Under the pieces are notes generated by a model. That model ran no database searches and was not told the DNA's origin. It saw only the letters and a program-made list of their open reading frames with translations. From Actinomycetota bacterium (lineage in GTDB: Bacteria > Actinomycetota > Acidimicrobiia > Acidimicrobiales > AC-9): a DNA stretch of 64,000 nt. The stretch is from NCBI GenBank assembly GCA_005888295.1, contig VAWP01000087.1, positions 19,461-83,460 on the forward strand, read 5' to 3'. Below are positions 34,601-41,870 of the stretch, one piece after another. Within the stretch, counting starts at the first letter, position 1; every line of letters starts with the position of its first letter. The position numbers were made by a program, and so were the translations under genes.

Positions 34601-35924
34601 CGGCGATCGTCGTCCGCTCGACCGTCGCGCTCGGAGGCGGCTCGACGCCGAGGTCGAGCGGCTGGCCCAGCAGGGCCTGCGGGTGCTCGCCGTCGCGGAG
34701 CGACCCTGGCGCGGTCCCGGCGAGATCGAGGAGGACGAGCTGGGCGACCTCGAGCTGCTCGGCTTCGTCGCCCTGGCCGACCTCGTTCGCTCGACCGCCG
34801 CTGCCGCCGTTCGCACCCTCCGTCGCGCCGGTGTCGAGGTCGCCATGATCACCGGGGACCATCCGAGCACCGCCGAAGCCATCGCCTCCGAGCTCGGCAT
34901 CCTCAACGGCGGACGCGTCCTCACCGGGCCCGACCTCGAACGACTCGGCGAGGCAGAGCTGGACGGGGCCATCACCGACGTCACGGTCTTCGCGCGCGTG
35001 ACGCCGGCCGACAAGGTGCGCATCGTCGAGGCCTTCCAGCGGGCCGGACGGGTGGTGGCCATGACGGGCGACGGCGCCAACGACGCCCCTGCCATCCGGC
35101 TCGCCGACGCGGGTGTCGCCCTGGGCCGGCGGGGCACGCCGGCCGCCCGCGCCGCGGCCGACCTGGTCGTCACCGACGACCGCATCGAGACGATCATCGA
35201 CGCCATCGTCGAGGGACGGGCGATGTGGGGGTCGGTCCGGGACGCCCTGGCCATCCTCGTCGGAGGGAACCTGGGCGAGGTTGCCTTCACGCTCGCCGGC
35301 ACGGCCATCGCCGGCCGCTCGCCCCTCAACGCCCGCCAGTTGCTGCTCGTCAACCTGCTCACCGACATGGTCCCGGCGATGGCCATCGCCCTCCCGCCTC
35401 CCGCGACGACGTCTCCCGAGGCCCTCCTGCACGAGGGGCCGGAAGCATCGCTCGGCGGCGCCCTGGCCCGGCAGATCGCCCTGCGGGCCGCCACGACGGC
35501 GGGTGGCGCCACCGCCGCCTGGATCGTCGCCAGCGGGACCGGCCGTCCCGCCCGGGCCAGGACCGTCGGCCTGGTCGCCGTCGTCGCCACCCAGATGGGA
35601 CAGACGATCGTGGCCGGCCGGCGCAGCCCGGCGGTCGTCGCCTCGGCGCTGGCGTCGGCGGGGCTGCTCGTGCCGATCGTCCAGGTCCCTGCCATCAGTC
35701 GCTTCTTCGGGTGCACGCCCCTCGGACCGGTCGGATGGGCCACCGCCATCGGCTCGGCGTCGGCCGCCACCGGCGTGTCCATCGCCGTTCCGTGGGCCGC
35801 CTCGCGGCTTCCGGGCGCTCCCTCCCAGCCGGCATCGGGCACGCAGGGTGCCCGGTCGGACCGGGACCCTCGTCGCGACCAGTTCCCCCGCGTCGTCCGG
35901 CGAACATCGGGACTCGCTGTTTGA
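31635..35924 (+). CDS. cation-translocating P-type ATPase, giant form (1429 aa) with ~600-aa N-terminal extension (CtpI-like architecture)
   Basis: SLTGESLPV, PEGLP, CFDKTGTLTEG, MITGDH and MTGDGANDAPAIRLADAGVALG. The TTG start at 31635 is taken from the ORF track and is uncertain. Confidence 0.9.
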   Translation: MIGLGAVLRPVSGVPGALRPVTDLVGQAGAAGARQVAAARRQLHGPGRAHRRSWVGNGRAHIEVRAVHRSDGQSLARRLERDLEALDGVDWARVNAALGRVIVAFDDDAAPLDSLLDTVDAAEDAHEVTQERFSRDRPPLPGDSEPLLRNLAALGADTVGLGVSVFGQLLRATPIPGELASLIAVADSQPRVRHLLERRIGHPATDLGFALASAVAQALGQGPLGLIVDMGHRANLVGEIRSRQRAWDAREPELVARNGRRDVEPIETTDRPTPVPRGPVEQHADRASLAAFGVFGLSLAATKDPRKAANTLMAAAPKAARLGREAFAAQLGRDLASRDVLVLDPTALRRLDRVDTVVVDRSAVLDGGTLDPLADAFVARVRDARYSLVVAGVDRQTRLRLGADRSVPGGAELAGSVRTLQREGRVVACVSATADGALRAADCGIGLTRASSPPPWGADLLCGRGLEPACRVVDAAAAARQASRRSAMLAAGGSAIGGVGALIGTGRGAAQRGLLPVNAAALLAEAAGTWSAAQVGRQPRPVPTNLPDWHAMGIEETLTALGSSRSGLTQAAAAKRAATSDMAATPGPSNLASAILAELANPLTPLLALGAGLSAAVGSVLDAALVGGVVAINSAISAAQRLRTEHSLEELTRATAMKATVSRGGDFVEMPADLLVVGDLVRVVGGELVPADCRLLDTTWCEVDESSLTGESLPVAKDPEPVPGAAVGERSSMLYAGTTIVAGGALAVVVATGTATEAGRSVAGVGEPPPSGVEARLHSLTTATLPVTLLSGALVGTMGFLRRRPLRESVGSGVSLMVAAVPEGLPLLATVAQQSAAHRLSQHEALVRNPRTIEALGRVDLLCFDKTGTLTEGRIGLQRVSDGIVDEAVDALGPRRRAVLAAALRASPPSEDGEVLTHATDQAVVDGAAALGVTPGEGLGGWDARDELAFEPGRGFHAVLGRGPDESRIAVKGAPEAVVARCNGYRSPDGDRRPLDRRARRRLDAEVERLAQQGLRVLAVAERPWRGPGEIEEDELGDLELLGFVALADLVRSTAAAAVRTLRRAGVEVAMITGDHPSTAEAIASELGILNGGRVLTGPDLERLGEAELDGAITDVTVFARVTPADKVRIVEAFQRAGRVVAMTGDGANDAPAIRLADAGVALGRRGTPAARAAADLVVTDDRIETIIDAIVEGRAMWGSVRDALAILVGGNLGEVAFTLAGTAIAGRSPLNARQLLLVNLLTDMVPAMAIALPPPATTSPEALLHEGPEASLGGALARQIALRAATTAGGATAAWIVASGTGRPARARTVGLVAVVATQMGQTIVAGRRSPAVVASALASAGLLVPIVQVPAISRFFGCTPLGPVGWATAIGSASAATGVSIAVPWAASRLPGAPSQPASGTQGARSDRDPRRDQFPRVVRRTSGLAV

Positions 35925-36023
35925 TCGCTCACTGCCATGGGTAGTGGACGTGGCCGGGAACCAGTGCCCGCCAAGCTGGTTCCGGAGAGCGCCAGGATCC
36001 GCCGCCTGGATCGCTCCGCCAGC

Positions 36024-36056
36024 GGCGCCCGTTTGGGCGCCGTTGGTGTTTTTTGG
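36024..36056 (+). terminator. intrinsic terminator downstream of the ATPase
   Basis: Stem GGCGCCC, loop GTTT, stem GGGCGCC, followed by GTTGGTGTTTTTTGGGG. Two further hairpins lie upstream (35957..35983 and about 35991..36008). Confidence 0.7.
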
Positions 36057-36124
36057 GGCATGTTCGCCGCGAACCGTCGCCGGGCGCCGGTCGGACCAGG
36101 GCCTTTCGCTCGGCGTGTCCCCGT

Positions 36125-36665
36125 TAGGACCCGATCGTGACCAGATCGGCAAGGTCATCCGGTCCAGGACGACGCTCCCCGACAGGATCTGGCGGCGCAG
36201 CGCCTGGACCCAGTACGACCCCGACGAGCCGCGACAGCACAGCACCACGGTGGTCCCGTCGGCGAAGCGCACGCGCAGCGTCTCGGCCCGGTGCCCGGCA
36301 CCGGTCGAGCAGACCTCGTGGACAGGCACGGCCGAGGTCCGCAACCTCGCCGCCGCTTCCGAGGCGCGCTCTCTCAGCTGGTCCAATACCTCGCTGTGAG
36401 CCTGGGCGAAGGCGGCCTCGAGCTCACGGCGGTCGTCGGGTGAGAACAGCGCCTCGAAGGACGTCGGCGACTCGGGCCGGACGATCGGCCCGCCGTTCAC
36501 GCCGCTCACACCCATCTCGCCGTCACCGTCGCCGCGCGCTCGACGGCGGCGCGGTCGCTGGAGGCGACGGCCGGACGGCCACCTGGGCAGCAGGCCCGAG
36601 CAGGAGAAGGCGGTCAGCAGCCCGACCACCGCTGCCAGCACGACGATCCTGACGACGGCGCTCAT
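36125..36665 (-). CDS. hypothetical membrane-anchored or secreted protein; the 3' end is unresolved (possible frameshift near 36155)
   Basis: ATG 36665 is preceded by GGGGAG, and the N-terminus is hydrophobic (MSAVVRIVVLAAVVGLLTAF). Third-position GC is coding-like down to about 36155. The frame then has no stop for >3 kb, running antisense to the ATPase. An adjacent frame ends DLVTIGS-TAA at 36125. Confidence 0.35.
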
Positions 36666-36786
36666 CGGCGATCGAACTCCCCAGACCACTTCCACGACGA
36701 CCCGATCATCGGTGCTTACCCCCCCGTCACCGACCACAATCCGCTCGGCCCCGGGACCCGGACCGTTGCTCACCGCGGTCGTCGGG

Positions 36787-37839
36787 TCAGACGACGCTCC
36801 CGCCCGACTCGACCCGGGAGCGCAGGAGCAGGGCGAGCCGCTCCCGGTGGAAGGCGGCGTCGCCGAAGCTCACCTGGTCGAGCTGGGCGCGCTTGAGAAA
36901 GAGGTGCAGGTCGTGCTCCCACGTGAAGCCGATGCCGCCGTGCACCTGCAGGCACGACGCCATCACCCGCGAGCTCGCATCCGAGCACCAGACCTTGGCC
37001 GTCGAAGCGGCGACGGCAGCGTCGGGATCGCCGGCCGAGATCGACCACGCCCCGTGGTACACGCTGGATCGCATGCCCTCGACGTCGACGAGCATGTCGG
37101 CGCAGCGATGCTTGATGGCCTGGAAGCTCCCGATGGGTCGGCCGAACTGGACGCGGTCCTTGGCGTGCTCGACAGCGAGCTCGAGGGCCCGACCGCCACC
37201 GCCGAGCATCTCGGCTCCGTGACCAACCGCCCCGCGGTCCATCATCGTCGCCACCGCCTCCGGTCCGCCCAACCGGACGGTCTCCAAGCTCCCCAGCTCG
37301 ACCCAACCCAGCTCTCTCGTCAGGTCCATCGCGGGCTGGCGGGCGGGCCGACGATCCGGAGGGACCTCGGCACCGATCAGGGCAGCCGTGCCGTCGTCGT
37401 CCCTCACGCAGGCCAGGATCACGTCGGCTGACGGCGCGTAGAGGGCCGGCGCGCGCGGCTCCCACACCACGGCGCCGATCGCCTCGCCACTGACCAGCGG
37501 CTCGACCCACCGATCCGCCCAGGCCACCCCCGACGCCGAGGCGCGGGCGAGGGCGCCCACGGCCAGGAGGCTGGACAGGAACGGAGCCGGCGCCACATGG
37601 CGCCCGACCTCCTCGAGGAGCACGGCGGCCTCGACGGCCCCCATCCCGAGGCCCCCCTGAGCCTCGGGCACCTCGACGCCCATCCAGCCCTGGACGGCCA
37701 TCGCCTTCCACAGCCCGTCGTCGAACCCGCCACCTCGATCGACGACCGCCCGGACCCGGAGGGCAGACGACAGGTCGTCGAGCAGCCCCCGGGCGGCCTG
37801 CCGAAGCGCGAGCTGATCGTCAGACAGCTCGAAGTCCAT
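36787..37839 (-). CDS. acyl-CoA dehydrogenase family protein
   Basis: ORF 36787..37875 with ATG 37839 (MDFELSDDQLAL). Motifs: FGRPIGSFQAIKH and QVHGGIGFTWEHDLH. Confidence 0.85.
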   Translation of the reverse strand: MDFELSDDQLALRQAARGLLDDLSSALRVRAVVDRGGGFDDGLWKAMAVQGWMGVEVPEAQGGLGMGAVEAAVLLEEVGRHVAPAPFLSSLLAVGALARASASGVAWADRWVEPLVSGEAIGAVVWEPRAPALYAPSADVILACVRDDDGTAALIGAEVPPDRRPARQPAMDLTRELGWVELGSLETVRLGGPEAVATMMDRGAVGHGAEMLGGGGRALELAVEHAKDRVQFGRPIGSFQAIKHRCADMLVDVEGMRSSVYHGAWSISAGDPDAAVAASTAKVWCSDASSRVMASCLQVHGGIGFTWEHDLHLFLKRAQLDQVSFGDAAFHRERLALLLRSRVESGGSVV

Positions 37840-37940
37840 GGGCAGAGCATCGAGGCTCACGGACCGGGCCGTCAACGGGCCCCGCCCGGGGCGGCGGAGC
37901 CGCCAGGGACAGAGCCGCCCTCGCCTACCATCGGGCCTCA

Positions 37941-39134
37941 GTGGACCTATCGCCCACCCCCTCCGAGGAGGAGTTCCGCGCCGAGCTGCGCGGGTGGCTG
38001 CGCGACAACCTGCCCTGGGAGTACGGCACGGGGCTCCCGCCCCGCTTCGAGGACCTGGCCGAGGAGGTGGCGTTCCTGCGGGAGTGGCAGTCCCGCCTGG
38101 CCGCGGGCAGGTGGATCGGCGTGTCCTGGCCGCCCGAGTTCGGCGGGCGCGGCACCGGCCCGGCCGAGCACTACATCGTGCAGGAGGAGCTGGCGCGGGC
38201 CCGAGCGCCGGAACTTGTGGGCCGGATCGCGATCAACCTGGTGGGGCCCACACTGCTCGCCCACGGCACCCGTGACCAGCAGGAGCGCTGGCTGTCGCGC
38301 ATCCTCCGGGCCGAGGAGCTGTGGTGCCAGCTCTTCAGCGAGCCCGGAGCGGGGAGCGACCTGGCATCGCTGTCGACGCGCGCCGAGCGCGCCGAAGGCG
38401 GCTGGGTGCTGAGCGGCGAGAAGGTCTGGACCTCCTACGCCCAGTTCGCCGACTGGGGTGTCTGCCTGGCTCGCACCGACCCCGCGGCACCAAAGCACCG
38501 GGGCATCTCCTACTTCGTCGTCGACATGCGGGCACCAGGCGTCGAGGTGCGACCGCTCGTGCAGCTGACCGGGGAGGCGGAGTTCAACCAGGTGTTCCTC
38601 GACGAGGTCTTCGTTCCTGAAGCTCAGCTCCTCGGCGAGGAGAACCGGGGTTGGCAGGTCGCCAGCTCGACCCTGTCCCACGAGCGGGGCACCAGCCCGC
38701 GTCAGCTCGTGATCCACACCCAGCTGCTCGGAGAGCTCCTCCGCCTGGCGACCGAGACGGGCGCCTACGACGACCCGAGGATACGACCGCGCCTGGCCGA
38801 AGCCATCGTCGAGCTGCGTCTGTTCCAGCTGCACAACTGGCGCACGCTGTCGCGCCTGGAGAAGGGTCTCGAGCCGGGGCCCGAGGGAAGCCTGCTGAAG
38901 CTGTACTGGAGCGAGATGAGCCAGCGCCTGCACGATCTCGCCATGGCCGTCCTCGGTCCGGCGTCCTCGCTCGGCCGGGGCGCCAGAGGCAACCCCGGGG
39001 ACGGCACCTGGCAGCGCTCGTGGCTCTACTACCACGCTGCATCCATCTTCGCCGGCACGAACGAGATCCAGCGCAACATCATCGCCGAGCGCGTCCTCGG
39101 CCTCCCGAGAGAGCCGGCGCCGGCGGGAGCCTGA
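37941..39134 (+). CDS. acyl-CoA dehydrogenase
   Basis: 397 aa with SEPGAGSDLAS, WTSYAQFADW and GTNEIQRNIIAERVLGLP. Confidence 0.9.
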   Translation: MDLSPTPSEEEFRAELRGWLRDNLPWEYGTGLPPRFEDLAEEVAFLREWQSRLAAGRWIGVSWPPEFGGRGTGPAEHYIVQEELARARAPELVGRIAINLVGPTLLAHGTRDQQERWLSRILRAEELWCQLFSEPGAGSDLASLSTRAERAEGGWVLSGEKVWTSYAQFADWGVCLARTDPAAPKHRGISYFVVDMRAPGVEVRPLVQLTGEAEFNQVFLDEVFVPEAQLLGEENRGWQVASSTLSHERGTSPRQLVIHTQLLGELLRLATETGAYDDPRIRPRLAEAIVELRLFQLHNWRTLSRLEKGLEPGPEGSLLKLYWSEMSQRLHDLAMAVLGPASSLGRGARGNPGDGTWQRSWLYYHAASIFAGTNEIQRNIIAERVLGLPREPAPAGA

Positions 39135-39148
39135 GAAGGAGGTACGAG

Positions 39149-39997
39149 ATGGACCTGGCGACGGTCCTCTACGAGGTCGACGGACCGGTAGCGACGATCA
39201 CGATGAACCGTCCCGAGGTGGCCAACGCCCAGGACACGGCGCTCATCGACGACCTGGACGCCGCCTTCGACGCCGCCGACGCAGACGACTCGGTTCGCGT
39301 CGTCGTCCTCGCCGGCGCCGGTCGTCATTTCTCCTCCGGCCACGACCTCAAGGCACTCGTGGGCCAGGGTGAGGCCGACGAGTGGGTCCGGCTGCGGGAG
39401 ACCCCCGAAGGCAAGCGCCGCCACGAGCAGGTCATGTACTTCGACCGGTGCGTGAAGATCTACCACTTCCGCAAGCCGACGATCGCCGCCGTGCAAGGCA
39501 GCTGCATCGCCGCCGGCCTGATGCTGGCGTGCATGTGCGACCTCATCGTCGCCGCGGAAGACGCCGTGTTCCAGAACCCCGTCCTGCGAATGACGGGCGC
39601 CGGCGTCGAGCTCCTCGTCGAGCCGTGGGAGCTCGGCATCCGCAAGGCCAAGGAGTTCCTCCTCACCGGAGACCGGATCGACGCCGCCGAGGCATGGCGT
39701 CTCGGGATGGTCAATCGGGTCGTGCCCACCGGCAACCTGATGGAGGCGACACGAGAGATGGCCGACAAGATCGCCCTCGTGCCTCCGGTCACGGCTCAGG
39801 TCGTGAAGGACACGATCAACCACACCTTCGAGCTGATGGGCAAGGAGCAGGCCTGGAAGTACCACTTCATCGCCCACCACTGGATGCACAACACGGCCAC
39901 GGCCCAGGGCGCGCTGGCCGAACGCCAGAGCAGGTCCTCCATGAAGGACGTGTTCGCCGACCGCGACCGGGGCGACGTGCCCACGACGGGCCACTAG
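39149..39997 (+). CDS. enoyl-CoA hydratase/isomerase (crotonase) family protein
   Basis: ATG 39149 after GAAGGAGG. Motifs: ITMNRPEVANA, LAGAGRHFSSGHDL and AAVQGSCIAAG. Confidence 0.85.
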   Translation: MDLATVLYEVDGPVATITMNRPEVANAQDTALIDDLDAAFDAADADDSVRVVVLAGAGRHFSSGHDLKALVGQGEADEWVRLRETPEGKRRHEQVMYFDRCVKIYHFRKPTIAAVQGSCIAAGLMLACMCDLIVAAEDAVFQNPVLRMTGAGVELLVEPWELGIRKAKEFLLTGDRIDAAEAWRLGMVNRVVPTGNLMEATREMADKIALVPPVTAQVVKDTINHTFELMGKEQAWKYHFIAHHWMHNTATAQGALAERQSRSSMKDVFADRDRGDVPTTGH

Positions 39998-41118
39998 TGC
40001 CGGGGCCCCTCGAGGGCCTGCGGGTGATCGACGTCGGGACCCGCCTCGCTGCTCCCTTCTGTGCCGGGCTCCTCGGCGAGATGGGCGCCGAGGTCGTCAA
40101 GGTCGAGCAACCTTCGGGCGGAGACTTCATGCGCACCATCGGCCCCTTCGAGGACGGCTACTCGCTGTTCTGGGCGGTCGAGGGACGAGGACGGCGGAGC
40201 GCGACCCTCGACCTGCGCCGGCCCCGGGGCCAGGAGCTGTTCCGACGCCTGGCGGCTCGCGCCGACGTGATCTGCGAGAACTTCCGCCCGGGGACAATGG
40301 AGGGATGGAACGTCGGGCCGGCCGACCTCGATCCCCGGCTCGTCATGGTCCGCATCAGCGTGTTCGGCCAGGACGGTCCCAAGGCCCAGCGGCCCGGGCT
40401 CGACCGCATGGGCATCGGCTACGGCGGCCTCATGCACCTCACGGGCTATCCGGACAGCCCCCCGGTCCGGCCCGGCGTCACGGTGTCGGACTACTTGACG
40501 GGTGCCTTCTGCGCGCACGCGGCCGTCGCAGCCCTCTATGCCCGCGACGCCCGGCGGCTCGGCGCCGGCGCGGTGATCGACGCATCGCTCTACGGCTCGA
40601 TCCTCCGCATCCTGGAGTGGACGATCGCGGCCTACGACCGCCTGGGCATCGTGCGCCAGCGCGAAGGCAACCGGTTGCCCAACTCCGCACCGCTCGACAA
40701 CTACCCCACCGCGGACGGCCACTACATCTGCATCGTCGCCGGGTCGGACGCCAACTTCGGCCGCCTGTGCCGGGCCATGGGGCGACCCGATCTCACCGAG
40801 GACCCACGGTTCACCAACCTGGGGGAGCGGGCGGCGAACGCCGACGCCAACGCCGACGTCCCCGTCGCCAGCGCCTACACCGTCTCCGACATCGTCTCCG
40901 ACGAGCAGGTTGCGGCGCGGGGTGACCTCGTCACCGTCGACGATCCCGTCGTGGGACCGCTCCGCCAGCAGGCGCCGTTCCCCCGGCTCGTCGGTACCCC
41001 GCCGGTCGTGCCGACGGGCGCGCCCCGCCTCGGCGAGCACAACCGCGCGATCTGGTGCGACCTGGTCGGCCTGTCCGAGAACGAGCTCGCCGACCTCGCC
41101 GCCGACGGCATCGTGTGA
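39997..41118 (+). CDS. family III (CaiB/BaiF) CoA-transferase, apparently lacking ~25 residues near 40845
   Basis: GTG 39997 overlaps the upstream stop by 1 nt (TAGTG). Motifs: LRVIDVGTRLAAPFCAGLLGEMGAEVVKVE and ICENFRPGT. The segment ERAANADANADVPVASAY is much shorter than the equivalent RLARVDEVEAAVAAWTSSRRVDDIVDTLQGMGIEAVPV of the paralogue at 54002..56332. Confidence 0.75.
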   Translation: MPGPLEGLRVIDVGTRLAAPFCAGLLGEMGAEVVKVEQPSGGDFMRTIGPFEDGYSLFWAVEGRGRRSATLDLRRPRGQELFRRLAARADVICENFRPGTMEGWNVGPADLDPRLVMVRISVFGQDGPKAQRPGLDRMGIGYGGLMHLTGYPDSPPVRPGVTVSDYLTGAFCAHAAVAALYARDARRLGAGAVIDASLYGSILRILEWTIAAYDRLGIVRQREGNRLPNSAPLDNYPTADGHYICIVAGSDANFGRLCRAMGRPDLTEDPRFTNLGERAANADANADVPVASAYTVSDIVSDEQVAARGDLVTVDDPVVGPLRQQAPFPRLVGTPPVVPTGAPRLGEHNRAIWCDLVGLSENELADLAADGIV

Positions 41119-41152
41119 GACGATCTCGCATCGCCGCAGAGGAGGCCGAACC

Positions 41153-41539
41153 GTGGACGTGAGATCGATCGTCGACGTGGCGCCGGAGGTCGAGCACAAC
41201 GGCACCGTGCCCGTGTGGTGGCTCGTCCGACCACAGGAGATGAAAGAGATCACCGACGGCGGGTACCTCGAGCTGGTCAACGAGTTCGAGGTGGCCGGCG
41301 GCGGCGCCGTCTATCCCCATACCCACCCGACACACGAGTTCTACTACGTGACCTCGGGCCGGGGGATCATGACCATCGAGGGTGACGAGGCGGAGATCGC
41401 CCAGGGCGACCTCGTGCACATACCCCCCGACGCCGTCCACAGCCTGAAGCCCGTGAGCGACAACGCCTCGATCCACTGCTTCTGCTTCGCCGTCGGCGTC
41501 AAGGGCGCCGGCCCCATCGACTACACGACGCACGAATAG
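41153..41539 (+). CDS. cupin domain protein
   Basis: GTG 41153 after GGAGG. Motif YPHTHPTHEFYYVTSGRG..GDLVHIPPDAVHS, with the two-His cupin motifs. Confidence 0.8.
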   Translation: MDVRSIVDVAPEVEHNGTVPVWWLVRPQEMKEITDGGYLELVNEFEVAGGGAVYPHTHPTHEFYYVTSGRGIMTIEGDEAEIAQGDLVHIPPDAVHSLKPVSDNASIHCFCFAVGVKGAGPIDYTTHE

Positions 41540-41567
41540 AGCCTCGTCCTGCTCCGGAGATCCGGCT

Positions 41568-41610
41568 CGTCGCATCGTCCCGGTTCTTCGAAATCCGGGC
41601 CGATGCGACG
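41568..41610 (+). terminator. strong hairpin (15-bp stem) 29 nt after the cupin stop
   Basis: cgtcgcatcg-t-cccgg, loop ttcttcgaaat, then ccggg-c-cgatgcgacg. There is no U-tract, the I-shaped form common in high-GC genomes. Confidence 0.5.
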
Positions 41611-41662
41611 ACCGGCTCTCCCTGCGCCGTCCAGCCGGCGTCGCCGGACATGACGAGTACGT

Positions 41663-41685
41663 CGCGTTCCACATCTCGTCGAAAA
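41663..41685 (-). promoter_or_regulatory. orphan copy B of the 23-nt motif (minus-strand reading TTTTCGACGAGATGTGGAACGCG)
   Basis: 22 of 23 nt identical to 14261..14283. It points toward the 41568..41610 hairpin, with no annotated gene in between. Confidence 0.4.
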
Positions 41686-41786
41686 CAGCGACAGCATGCC
41701 GGCGAGACGTGAACGCACTCAGGTGCTGAACGGTCGCCATTCCTCTGTCGAGCGCGTCTCTCGCGGGCAGGAGAGAGGGAGCGACG

Positions 41787-41830
41787 CCTCGGCTGGCCGC
41801 CATTTCGTGAGAACTGGCGGCCAGCCGAGG
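41787..41830 (-). terminator. perfect 16-bp inverted repeat about 40 nt downstream of the minus-strand CoA-transferase stop
   Basis: cctcggctggccgcca, 12-nt loop, tggcggccagccgagg. A second small hairpin (ggcgacg ctg cgtcgcc) sits at 41830..41846. Confidence 0.5.
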
Positions 41831-41870
41831 GCGACGCTGCGTCGCCGCCCTCAGGCGCGCTACGACAACC

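Noticed and set aside
32988-36773. 1261-aa minus-strand ORF, the longest after the ATPase itself
   Set aside because: It is antisense to the P-type ATPase and is Arg/Gly/Pro-rich low-complexity sequence with no motifs. Stop-free antisense frames are expected at this GC content. Only its first ~170 codons (36665 downwards) look like a real gene.
41568-41610. tRNA-like T-arm (cccgg ttcttcgaaat ccggg)
   Set aside because: The loop is 11 nt rather than 7, there is no GTTCGA/TPsiC consensus, and no acceptor, D or anticodon arms can be drawn around it. It is better explained as a terminator-type hairpin.
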